The notes under the pieces: model-generated | What the model saw: the letters and a program-made list of their open reading frames with translations, nothing else | Told to the model about the DNA's origin: nothing | Database searches by the model: none | Part shown: piece after piece, positions 1-9,401 of the stretch | Layout: each line of letters begins with the position of its first letter | Position numbering within the stretch: position 1 is the stretch's first letter | Source of the DNA: a plasmid | Strand: one strand, 5' to 3' | Length of the DNA: 64,000 nt | Sequence record: NZ_CP021276.1 | Made by a program: the position numbers and the translations under genes

Positions 1-687
1 TCAATATATCCTGCACCCACATTGGCATTATTGCGTTCTAATGCCTCAACCACATTGTTTAAGCTTAACCCATAACGAACCAGTTTCATGGGATCTGGAG
101 TGATGTGAAATTGTTTTTCATAACCCCCAATGGTGTTTACTTCAGCCACTCCCTCTACATTACGCAGTTGCGGCTTGATAATCCAATCTTGAATGGTACG
201 CAGTTCCGTTGGATTGTAACGTTGACTTGCTGGTACATTGGCTTTATTGGTTACCGTGTACATAAAAATCTCACCAAGCCCTGTAGAGATTGGGCCTAAA
301 GTGGTTTCTACTCCTGGTGGGAGCTTGTCTTTTACCTCCTGCAAGCGCTCATTAATTAATTGACGCGCAAAATAAATGTTCGTGCCATCTTTAAAGACCA
401 CCGTGACTTGCGATAGTCCATAACGTGATAAAGAACGAGTGTAATCCAGATTAGGCAACCCGCTCATAGCCAGTTCAATAGGGAAAGTAATTCGTTGCTC
501 CACCTCAAAGGGTGAATAGCCTGAGGCTTGAGTATTGATTTGCACTTGCACGTTGGTGATGTCAGGTACCGCATCAATAGGCAAACGTTGAAAATTATAC
601 ACACCATAAAGAGCAATGATTGTCGTAAATAATAAGACAAACCATCGATGTTTTAGGGAAAAACGAATTATTTTTTCAAGCATTACC
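1..687 (-). CDS. czcA: Heavy-metal RND efflux transporter (CzcA/CusA/HelA family), N-terminal part; gene continues beyond window start
   Basis: Reverse-strand ATG at 685-687. Translation MLEKIIRFSLKHRWFVLLFTTIIALYGVYNFQRLPIDAVPDITNVQVQINT... matches RND N-terminus (TM1 plus periplasmic loop). Follows the MFP gene in the same operon. Confidence 0.85.
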
Positions 688-692
688 AATCC

Positions 693-1952
693 TTAGTGCT
701 CGTGGCTTGCGCCATCCTTTCCTAACTCTGCTTTCATAAAAAAGCTATTATTGCTGACATAGCGCTGGCCTGCATCAAGCCCCGAAACCACTTCGACCCA
801 TTCATCATCCCTTTGGCCTAAAATAACAGGCGTTGCCTCAAAATAATCTCCTTGCTGGATAAAAATTACTTCTTTCTCATCCATGCGCTGAATAGCCGAC
901 AAAAGTATGGCAACTGGAACCGTTTTTTCTTTAATGGTAATTGCGGCATTAATGTACATCCCAGGCAACCAAACACGAGGCTCATTAGAAAGAACTGCTC
1001 GTGCGAGCGTTGTTTGACTGTCTTCAATGCCTAAGGGCGCAATGTAGGAGATGGTGCTGATGGATTTTGGTGTTCCTTCATCTCCAGTTACCACCACACT
1101 CATTCCTTGTTTTACTAAAGGCACCTCTTTACGATATAAGGTAAAATCAGCCCACACAGTAGCCAAATTAGCCACTTCATAAATAGGTTTGGTGCTTTGC
1201 GCAAGCTCCCCATTGGTTGCGTATTTTTGCACGATGGTTCCGCTCATGGGTGCATTAATTGTATAATTTTGTAAACTTTCGTTACTCTCAATCGTAACTA
1301 ATACCTCCCCTTTGGTGACTTCATCGCCTAAATTCTTAGTCATTGATTTAATAATGCCTGAATAGCGTGCATAGATGGGAGCTAAGGTGTCTCGATTGGG
1401 AGCAATTTTACCTACGACTTTAAGTTGAGTTTTAATTGTTTGGCTTTGTGCCTTAGCCGTTTGAATGTCTGCCGCTTTTAGAATGGCTGGCACCATTTTA
1501 ATGCGGCCTTCATAAGTCGCATAATGCCAGGTATAGCGTTTATCCTGAAGCTCTAATTGAATGCTCACATCAAAAGAATGAGGCTCTTCAATCACCTCAA
1601 CGCTTTGTAAAAAATTCTCGACAGGAGTGAACGCAATTGCTTCTTTTTTATCACCAAATCGCTTTAACTGAACGGTCAATTGCGCTTTCCCAGGCGCGAT
1701 AGGCTCACCATTCTTATACAAATAAGCGCGAAAATGCGGTGGCATGCCCCGTTCAAAAATTAAAAACTCAAGGGCTATATCTTCATCCTTAAACAAACGC
1801 CCACCTTGCGGACCCTTTTCCATGGTTTCTTGATGATTTTTTTCTTCATCGCCATGGGATTCTTCATTTGTTGCCCATAACGAAAAGGAACTCAACCCCA
1901 ATAACAGAATTATAAAGGGCATGCAGGATAGGAATGGCTTTAAAACTCTCAT
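693..1952 (-). CDS. czcB: Membrane fusion protein of heavy-metal efflux system (CzcB/CusB/HelB family)
   Basis: 419 aa with signal/TM and a His/Glu-rich N-terminal metal-binding stretch (ESHGDEEKNHQE). Biotinyl-lipoyl and beta-barrel MFP-like regions, C-terminal HEH. Overlaps the upstream OMF gene by 4 nt. Confidence 0.85.
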   Translation of the reverse strand: MRVLKPFLSCMPFIILLLGLSSFSLWATNEESHGDEEKNHQETMEKGPQGGRLFKDEDIALEFLIFERGMPPHFRAYLYKNGEPIAPGKAQLTVQLKRFGDKKEAIAFTPVENFLQSVEVIEEPHSFDVSIQLELQDKRYTWHYATYEGRIKMVPAILKAADIQTAKAQSQTIKTQLKVVGKIAPNRDTLAPIYARYSGIIKSMTKNLGDEVTKGEVLVTIESNESLQNYTINAPMSGTIVQKYATNGELAQSTKPIYEVANLATVWADFTLYRKEVPLVKQGMSVVVTGDEGTPKSISTISYIAPLGIEDSQTTLARAVLSNEPRVWLPGMYINAAITIKEKTVPVAILLSAIQRMDEKEVIFIQQGDYFEATPVILGQRDDEWVEVVSGLDAGQRYVSNNSFFMKAELGKDGASHEH

Positions 1953-3196
1953 TTACTCTCCTTAGAAGGCGCTAATCCTAAAAGCCCGGTCAGTTGAATT
2001 AAGGCTTTATGATAATCAGCATGAGCTTGTTGGTAATGACGCTCTTCTTCATACAACGAATTAAGGGCTGTGGATAATTCAATATACGTATAACGTCCCA
2101 TTTGGTAGCCATCCTGTGCCAATTTGATTGATTTACGCGCCAAAGGTAATAACGAATTCGTCACCAAGCTCGCCTCATAATGACTTTGTTCGGCTTGTAG
2201 AAAAGCCCCATAGACATTTTGACGCACATCAAGGCGTGTACCTTGAAGCTCATGAGCCGTTTGGGTGTATTGTGCCTCAGCGGTTATGATTTTTCCTTGA
2301 TTTCTATTGTAAACAGGGACTTCTGCAAAGGCTGAAGCCACTGCGGCATTACTGCCATCATCAGAGAAATGACGACCGCCTAATTGAATGTTTAAATCCG
2401 GCCACACAGATTTTTTAACTGCAGTAATAGTCGCACGCTTGGCGTGTAATTGCTGTTGAAGCTGTACTAACTGAGGGCTTTGCGGTAATTTTCTAAGTAA
2501 CACAGCCCAGTTCAATGTCACTCCAGGAAGACCTTTATCCACTAATTGTCCATCAACTCGTAATCCATCACCTAATAGACGCGCCAATTTCGCACGCTGA
2601 AATAATGCATCCCTTGCAGCTTTATTTTCTTGAATACGCGCTTCGCCTAAGCGCACCTGGGCCAAACGTAAGTCTAATTCCGCTCCAGCGCCTGCCTTAA
2701 CTCGACGCTCGATTGCGCTTACGATGTCTTGATTGAGGCGAATAAGTTTTTGGGTGACTTGATGCCATTGACCCGCATAAAGTGCATCCACATAGGCCAC
2801 ACCAACTGCCACATAAAGTATCGCTTTTTGTACTTGAATTTGGGCAAGAGAGGCTAAGTAATCTGAATAGGTTGCTTTTTTCAGATACTGCAACCGATTA
2901 CCCAAAGGGATGGGCTGGGTCACTGATGCCGTAGTTTCTGCCGCCTCATAACTTGAATAACTCCCCGAGCCGCCAAAGTTTTCTGCGGTTAAAGTCACTT
3001 GAGGATTGGGATAAAGCCCACTTTGGATAAAAAAACCGCGCATGGCTTGTGCTTTATCTATTTCGGCCTGTAATTCGGGATTATTGCGATAAGCAATGCC
3101 CAGGGCTTGTTTGAATGTCAAAGGGGTGGCCGCGAGTGCCTCACTCGCTACAAGGCTCATTGCACTCCACACAACATAATAAAATAAATAACGCAT
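1949..3196 (-). CDS. czcC: Outer membrane efflux factor (CzcC/HelC, TolC family)
   Basis: 415 aa with signal peptide. Two-repeat OEP architecture, typical of the first gene of czcCBA/helCBA operons. Confidence 0.8.
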   Translation of the reverse strand: MRYLFYYVVWSAMSLVASEALAATPLTFKQALGIAYRNNPELQAEIDKAQAMRGFFIQSGLYPNPQVTLTAENFGGSGSYSSYEAAETTASVTQPIPLGNRLQYLKKATYSDYLASLAQIQVQKAILYVAVGVAYVDALYAGQWHQVTQKLIRLNQDIVSAIERRVKAGAGAELDLRLAQVRLGEARIQENKAARDALFQRAKLARLLGDGLRVDGQLVDKGLPGVTLNWAVLLRKLPQSPQLVQLQQQLHAKRATITAVKKSVWPDLNIQLGGRHFSDDGSNAAVASAFAEVPVYNRNQGKIITAEAQYTQTAHELQGTRLDVRQNVYGAFLQAEQSHYEASLVTNSLLPLARKSIKLAQDGYQMGRYTYIELSTALNSLYEEERHYQQAHADYHKALIQLTGLLGLAPSKESK

Positions 3197-3364
3197 TCCC
3201 TACCCTATCAAATCCTTGTCAAACCTTTCGTTCCAGTGTACCTTGATTTTGGGCCTTGATACACCTTATTGCTAAAAAAACCAGAAAATCATAGCATTAA
3301 GTCACTGAAATGATTACCAAACTGGTATACACTGATCTTTATAATCCATTAACTTGTTTATCCT

Positions 3365-4099
3365 ATGCACCTACGATTATTATTTGTTTTTTTAATAATC
3401 TTGACTGCCGAACTTAAGGCTCAGTCATTAACTATTGGAATAGTAGCGTATGACCCGCCGTTTTCAATGAATGCCGACAAAAATCATTTCTTTGGATTTG
3501 ATGTTGAGCTCATAACAGAGCTTTGCAAGCAAATTAAAGCTCAGTGTCAATTGAAACCCATGCTGTTTGACGAGCTGTTTACAGAATTAAAAGCGAGTAA
3601 AATTGACTTGGGGATAGCGGCAATTATCATCACCGACGAACGACAGAAAACCTTTCTCTTTAGTCTTCCCTATCTGGCAAGTGCAGCACGTTTTATGACC
3701 ACAAAAAACGACTCAATTACATCTCTTAAAAAACTCAACAATAGATCAATAGGCATTATCAGAGGCTCTCTCTTCAAACAACTCATTACTCAGAAATTTA
3801 AAACCAATAGGGTTAGAGAATATCCTTCAACTAATCAACTCATCACTGCCTTAAATCAACAGGAAGTGGATGCCTTGCTTATGGATGACTTTTCGGCTGA
3901 TTATTGGATAGCCAATAATAACACCTTGTTTAAAGGATTAGGTAAACCCTTCCCCGTCGGCATCGGTTATGGAATCATGGCCAAAATGGATTCTAAGATG
4001 CTAATGAACCAAATCAATCAAGCCTTAAAACATATCGAAAAAAATGGATTTTATTTATCTTTATATCAAAAATATTTTCACACCATACCCATGCATTAA
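3365..4099 (+). CDS. Periplasmic solute-binding protein, family 3 (amino-acid ABC transporter type)
   Basis: 244 aa with signal peptide. SBP_bac_3-like motifs (IGIVAYDPPF, GFDVELITELCKQ). Confidence 0.6.
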   Translation: MHLRLLFVFLIILTAELKAQSLTIGIVAYDPPFSMNADKNHFFGFDVELITELCKQIKAQCQLKPMLFDELFTELKASKIDLGIAAIIITDERQKTFLFSLPYLASAARFMTTKNDSITSLKKLNNRSIGIIRGSLFKQLITQKFKTNRVREYPSTNQLITALNQQEVDALLMDDFSADYWIANNNTLFKGLGKPFPVGIGYGIMAKMDSKMLMNQINQALKHIEKNGFYLSLYQKYFHTIPMH

Positions 4100-4151
4100 A
4101 ATATGAATCACTAACGGTTATCTTAATGTCAATTTTTTAATTTAATTCGGT

Positions 4152-4322
4152 TTAGTGGTGTCCGTGACCATGACCACGCGGGTGATACCCACCAAATACA
4201 CGTTTAGGCTGTTTATTGTTTTTTGAATCTTCCTTATTAATAGAAGAAGCGCAGGAAGCCAACAAAAACATTAAAGAAATGAGCACTAATACATATGGGG
4301 TTACCAAACTAGATTTTTTCAT
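4152..4322 (-). CDS. Small lipoprotein with C-terminal His-rich tail (HPRGHGHGHH)
   Basis: 56-aa ORF, not in the ORF track because it is under 60 aa: MKKSSLVTPYVLVLISLMFLLASCASSINKEDSKNNKQPKRVFGGYHPRGHGHGHH. Lipobox LLASC. Confidence 0.45.
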   Translation of the reverse strand: MKKSSLVTPYVLVLISLMFLLASCASSINKEDSKNNKQPKRVFGGYHPRGHGHGHH

Positions 4323-4488
4323 CATTCGCATCCTTGGAATAACTCACTTGCTGTTATTTTTTAATATCATTATTATGGATGAAATAAAAGTAAATTGTAC
4401 TCCTTTGGTTTTATATTCATTCAATATAAAAAAAACGGAGTTAAATTGATGAAATTTTATTCCCGTCAACACCGCACAGGAGGCGAAT

Positions 4489-4935
4489 ATGAAAAAAGAG
4501 GTTTTTATTTCAATCTGTGGCGGCCTTATTTTTTCGTTATCCACACAAACAATCCTGGCCGATGAAATTCCCAGTCGCACCTTACCTATGTCTGAAATCT
4601 TGAAAATTCTACAGACTCGCGGTTATAGCGTAATAAGAGAAGTTGAATTTGATGATGGTTTATATGAGGTGGAAGCCTTTGATGAAAAAGGGATTCAGCT
4701 TATTATTCGAATGAACCCAAATACAGGGGACTTTATCAACACCAATTTAAAAACCAAGAAATACCCCATCTCAATGCTTGAAGCGGCGCAGAGAATTGAG
4801 GGCGCTGGCTATCATACTATTTTCAAAATTGAAGCGCACGGCAGTCAGTATGAGGCAAAGGCCCTTGGTACAGAGGATAAAAAAATTAAATTACGCATCG
4901 ATGCTAATTCTGGCAAAATATATATCCTTGAATAA
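4489..4935 (+). CDS. PepSY domain protein (two PepSY repeats), secreted
   Basis: 148 aa with signal peptide. Two repeats of the YEVEAxDxxG...IxxxTGxI pattern. Confidence 0.6.
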   Translation: MKKEVFISICGGLIFSLSTQTILADEIPSRTLPMSEILKILQTRGYSVIREVEFDDGLYEVEAFDEKGIQLIIRMNPNTGDFINTNLKTKKYPISMLEAAQRIEGAGYHTIFKIEAHGSQYEAKALGTEDKKIKLRIDANSGKIYILE

Positions 4936-5181
4936 GAGAACTAGAGTTATTAATTCTGCAACATTTAAAATTTTTCAATAAATAAAACAGCCAACCTATT
5001 TAAGTTAAGCTTAAAGAAATTTAAGACTTGACATCCTCTATCCTTATCCCAAGAGCCATCACGAATCAGCTGATGCCTGCAATGCTGCCTGTTTTTTAAA
5101 TCCAAGGAAGGCTTAGCATGCACAAGATAAATATAATGACGTCATAAGAGATTTTCCAATCTAATATTTTAGATTTTTGCA

Positions 5182-5544
5182 TCAGGGCGCAAGTTCCGGA
5201 GCGCTAGGCCTAACAATACTGAGCGTAATAAGGGCTGCAAGATTTGCCATGATGCCAATCATCAAAAGAGGTATGGTGAGCACTGCACCTGCGGTAATTT
5301 TTTGCCACAAGGGAATTTCATTCCAAAACCTTGCAGCACGAGAAAGCCAACTAGGATTGTTATTCATTGATTGAATCAGTTGATTTAGATCTACTTTGAT
5401 TTTTTGTATTTTATTTTGAGTCGTTATAATCTTCTCAAAATGTTCTTTATCTTTTTTTGTTTTCTGAGCGAGAGTGTCCTGCTCCATATGTTCTGATTGA
5501 TGGATATCAGAATTCAACACAAGTTCCACTTTTTGATACGACAT
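5182..5544 (-). CDS. Hypothetical membrane protein
   Basis: 120 aa, C-terminal hydrophobic helix, no recognisable domain. Confidence 0.3.
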   Translation of the reverse strand: MSYQKVELVLNSDIHQSEHMEQDTLAQKTKKDKEHFEKIITTQNKIQKIKVDLNQLIQSMNNNPSWLSRAARFWNEIPLWQKITAGAVLTIPLLMIGIMANLAALITLSIVRPSAPELAP

Positions 5545-6099
5545 AATTCTTCCTTACAACGAATGAGTCATCCACTTTTTTTAAATCGAAATGGTGTCAC
5601 CTGATCATTAGGTTAACCTTAAGATAAGCAGGGTGACGGATAACCTCTTAATTATTGAGTTAATTACCAGTACCTTTTTTACGTATTGGATTGAGGTGTA
5701 TCTTCGGTTTTTGAGGTACCGTATAAAAACCCTGAAAATAAGGTCTTAAGGTTGCTCATTGAGGGGGAAAATTGATTTTTAATATTCAGAATGTTACTCA
5801 TTACCACGTTTCCTTAATTTGGTTTGAAACAACAATCAACCGGGCGTTTTTCCTTCGAACGGTTAAATCTTGATCATTCTATCGAATAAATTATGTTCAG
5901 TCATTCTTTTTTAGTGACTCACTATTCTTTATCTACTTGCCGCATTAAGGTTACCTGAATGGATATTTTTTAGTATCCCATCAACCACCAAGAGGTTCGT
6001 TTTCATCAAAATACCCAGGCGCTTTTTAAATGAATATTGAGATAATTTTTATCTTGTTCTTAACTCTTTATCGGTACTGCCTTAATTCAATCTATTCAC

Positions 6100-6520
6100 A
6101 TAGTTATCCCCTAAAATTGTGGATAAAAGAATGTTTTAAATTTGACCACCTGCCTTTGATTTCGGAGCTTAGGAGCATTTAATAGTAATGAGCGAAGCGA
6201 ATTCATTTAAAGCAGTTTAAAAGAAGGATTTAGATTTGTGCCTCGTCATTCATCGCTCAGTCGCAAAAAATAAAAATAACGGAGTATTTTATTAAGAACA
6301 ATGAGGAACGGAGCGAGCTTGCGAGTGAGTAGTCATTGTTCTTAATAAAATGCGGAGTTATCTTTTATTGCGATTGAGTGATGGGTGATGAGGCAATCGA
6401 TCTTTAATTATTGCTTTGTTTGTTTTTTTATTTGATTATTGGCCATAGGCCAATTCATTATTATTAATTATCCACAAGGATGTTCTGTGGATAATATTCA
6501 AGAAGGTTTAAATGGGACTA
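6100..6520. other. Candidate replication origin (oriV): three perfect DnaA boxes TTATCCACA, AT-rich tract, palindromes
   Basis: TGTGGATAA at 6120-6128. TTATCCACA at 6470-6478 and its inverted copy TGTGGATAA at 6488-6496. AT-rich run 6410-6470, palindrome ATTGGCC-ATA-GGCCAAT. Located immediately downstream of repA. Confidence 0.5.
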
Positions 6521-6790
6521 TAAGTAAGAGCAGACACTTAAAAGCTATTCTATAAGACACTTAAATTTCATTATAGCAAAATATGTACAGTGGATTTTAT
6601 TAAAAGTGATGGTTTATTCCATGTAATTCACATGTTTTGCAGGTGATGAATGCATTTTTTCTACTCTAATTATAGATAATGATACAAATTTGAGTTTGTG
6701 ACGCCTTTTAGTGGTGTTGTGGGTATAGAGTAGGGTTAGAGGATCATCTCTGATAAACAAAGGTAAGGTATTAAGGTGGGTTGCAGCGCC

Positions 6791-7627
6791 CTATTCCTGA
6801 AATTTGTGACGGCGTAAAAGGGATTCGCGTCGTCTGCGCTCTTTTTCGCGCGCCTGCTCTTCGGTTTTCTGCTCCAACTTAAGCATGTCTTTCATTACAT
6901 CAATATGGGTTTTAGCATTCCCTTTTGGAGCTATAAAATCAAGAATGTTACGTGCGGCAGCCTGAGACTCCTGAGCATTGGCAATAAAGATGCTTCGCTT
7001 CTTATTAAGCCGTTTACGCGCAAGAGCGCGTTGTGCCGACAGTGCCTGAAGATTAATGTTGCATGCTTTAAAAAAGGCGGGCGTTAGGCATTTTACCGCG
7101 GCAAGACCAATAAAACGCTCTTTACCTTCCTCTAGTTTAACATCAAAACGCTCAATCATTTTTAAATAGCCTGCACGAACCAGTAATTTAATAGCGCGTT
7201 GTGCTCGCTTTAAACCAATTCCTGCCTTATCAGCAAGAAATTCGATGGTAAGGGAGCGAAAGCCTTCACTTGCATGAGGTACACCCACCCGAAGGCTTGC
7301 CAGTTCTGTGTAATATAATAAGACCTGAGCAATGCTTGCCAAAGCCTCACGTGCCTCAGAGCGCTGCTGGCGCGTTGAGTTGCGGCGCATACGGATTTCT
7401 TTAAAATAGGATGTGGGTAGCCCATAGTAACGCCGCCAGGCATCAATCGCCCAGGTAATTATTTTGGGGCGAGCCTTATGTTCCTGTGGCTTTTGAAAAA
7501 AACGTGGGGACTCAGGATCATGGCCGCACCAGTTCCCCTGACGCACCACCCCTGCCCTTCGAGAGCTGTAGTCTGTTGATTTCTCAATGAAATCAATGCA
7601 ATCCATCACTAACGCACTTTCTTGCAT
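6791..7627 (-). CDS. repA: Plasmid replication initiator RepA (IncFII RepA1 / RepFIIA family)
   Basis: 278 aa. Architecture and local similarity to IncFII RepA1 (LKRAQRAIKLLVRAGYLKMIE ~ ITRATRALTFLSELGLITY; basic C-terminus). Confidence 0.6.
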   Translation of the reverse strand: MQESALVMDCIDFIEKSTDYSSRRAGVVRQGNWCGHDPESPRFFQKPQEHKARPKIITWAIDAWRRYYGLPTSYFKEIRMRRNSTRQQRSEAREALASIAQVLLYYTELASLRVGVPHASEGFRSLTIEFLADKAGIGLKRAQRAIKLLVRAGYLKMIERFDVKLEEGKERFIGLAAVKCLTPAFFKACNINLQALSAQRALARKRLNKKRSIFIANAQESQAAARNILDFIAPKGNAKTHIDVMKDMLKLEQKTEEQAREKERRRRESLLRRHKFQE

Positions 7628-7721
7628 GCGTAAAATACCCTTAGCGGTAGCTAATTATTGACTAATCAATTACTTAACGCTAAGATATAATTGTTCAGGT
7701 TATACTTTAGCGTTAACCGGA

Positions 7722-7750
7722 AAAGCCCGCGCCAACGGGCTTTTTTTTTG
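7722..7750 (+). terminator. Rho-independent terminator on the strand opposite the repA leader (candidate end of antisense copy-control RNA)
   Basis: GCCCG-CGCCAA-CGGGC stem followed by a T9 run. Preceded by inverted repeat TTAACGCTAAG...CTTAGCGTTAA (7678-7720). Confidence 0.45.
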
Positions 7751-7848
7751 TATTTAAACTCATTAGTCCAAAGTTATCGTTTATTATTAAACCAGTCAAC
7801 TTCTTTTTTTTTATAACCACTTGAAATAATGGATTATTTTGTAATTTA

Positions 7849-8225
7849 TTGGTTCACATTCGGTTCACGTTTTTTCAAGTGAAATGGTTCACAATTAGTT
7901 CACGAACTGCTTGAATATCTACACTGATATTTGTACCACTGAAGCTCATATTCGGCTCACACTTTTGATTTACATGACTCTAAATTAGCTAATATTTAGA
8001 TCTAAATAATGGTACACAAACGGTTCACATAAATGCAGGAGGCTCTTTATTTAATTAGATCAGTTCGAAAACATACCCAATCAGAATATGCAGTTCACGA
8101 TTAATTCAGATCATATTTTCAATTTTAATCAAATACAGAAATGGAATAGCCTAAATGATTTTACTTAAAGGTTCACAAATGGTTCACGTTAAATGATGTT
8201 TATTGGTTCACAAAAGGAACACAAA
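7849..8225. repeat. Iteron array: about 11 copies of (G)GTTCAC(A/G), mostly in pairs spaced 11 bp
   Basis: GGTTCACA/G at 7850, 7861, 7886, 7899, 7954 (GGCTCAC), 8010 (GGTACAC), 8021, 8091, 8170, 8181 and 8204, with a degenerate copy at 8215. Confidence 0.8.
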
Positions 8226-8351
8226 ATAACAATTAAATATATAAAAAAATATTTTATGTATTTTAGTAACTTTATCATTGACCTAAAGAAGTGAGTATGC
8301 AATTGTATGTATTAATACAATAATAATGAAAAAACATACAAGGCACGAATA

Positions 8352-9401
8352 ATGGAACAATTAAGCTGGACTAACTCAGACATTCGTAAATTATTTAAAA
8401 TGGATAATCGATTCAAATCAGTTCAGACATTATATAACGCAGAAGATCGAGGAGAAATACCTACAGCCAAAAGAGAGGCTAGAGGGAAAGTTTCAACTAG
8501 AGTATGGGACTTATATCAACTCCCTGAAATTGGTAAACGATTCGGCTTTTTGAAACCACCAATACAACAAAAGATACTATGTAAATACATGCAAAAAGGA
8601 GGAGTTTACAAAACAACTTCCAGCTATAATGAGGCACGCACTTTAGCACTTAATGGCATTAAAACCATTTTAATAGGCTTGGATCCCGAATGCTCTGTTT
8701 CTGATATAATAATTCCTCAGCAAGAACTTAATAGACTTGATGATTTTGAACAAGCAAAAGGTCTATTTCATTTTTTTGTCGAAAATACGCCATTAGATGA
8801 AATCATTCGTCCCACATCATTACCCACCCTTGATTTCATACCTGAAACACATGATTTGGTAAAATTAAACAAATGGATGTCCTTTGAAAAACGTCGCGAA
8901 TATATTTTTCAGGATAAGTTAATTCCTCTCCTATCCAAATATGATGTCATCATTTTTGATAATAGTCCTACATGGAATCATCTCGTTGAGAACTCAATTT
9001 TAGTTTCTTCATCAGTTATTATGCCATTAGGATGCAGCCTCCTCGCCTATAATGCATCCGCTACTAATATGCAAAACATATGGGATTTTCAAGATGTGAT
9101 GAGGCTAACAAACCAAGGATTAATAATGTTTAGCACGGCTCTTGAGCGAAGCTCTCTTAGCCAACAAATCAATGCAACCTATCTAAGTCGTTATGTTGAC
9201 TACATGATAACAACCCCCATACGCAAGTCTGTAAAATGGGAAGAAGCTCTGATGTCTAAACAGACTATTATAGAATACGCTCTTGGATCTTCTCAAGCAG
9301 AAGAATACTACCATCTAGTTTCTGAGTTATGGGCTAGGGTCAATAATAATGAACATAGCTTTGTCGATTTATTACTAACTAACGAGCTAGAGGCTATCTA
9401 A
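8352..9401 (+). CDS. parA: Partition ATPase ParA, type Ia (SopA-like) with N-terminal HTH extension
   Basis: 349 aa. Deviant Walker A KGGVYKTT (SopA-like), ~100-aa N-terminal extension. Stop overlaps the start of the next gene (TAATG). Confidence 0.75.
   Translation: MEQLSWTNSDIRKLFKMDNRFKSVQTLYNAEDRGEIPTAKREARGKVSTRVWDLYQLPEIGKRFGFLKPPIQQKILCKYMQKGGVYKTTSSYNEARTLALNGIKTILIGLDPECSVSDIIIPQQELNRLDDFEQAKGLFHFFVENTPLDEIIRPTSLPTLDFIPETHDLVKLNKWMSFEKRREYIFQDKLIPLLSKYDVIIFDNSPTWNHLVENSILVSSSVIMPLGCSLLAYNASATNMQNIWDFQDVMRLTNQGLIMFSTALERSSLSQQINATYLSRYVDYMITTPIRKSVKWEEALMSKQTIIEYALGSSQAEEYYHLVSELWARVNNNEHSFVDLLLTNELEAI

Noticed and set aside
4216-4580. Track ORFs 4216-4449 (+) and 4344-4580 (-)
   Set aside because: They overlap the better-supported 56-aa lipoprotein gene and the PepSY gene start. 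They are low-complexity and AT-rich, so likely not genes.
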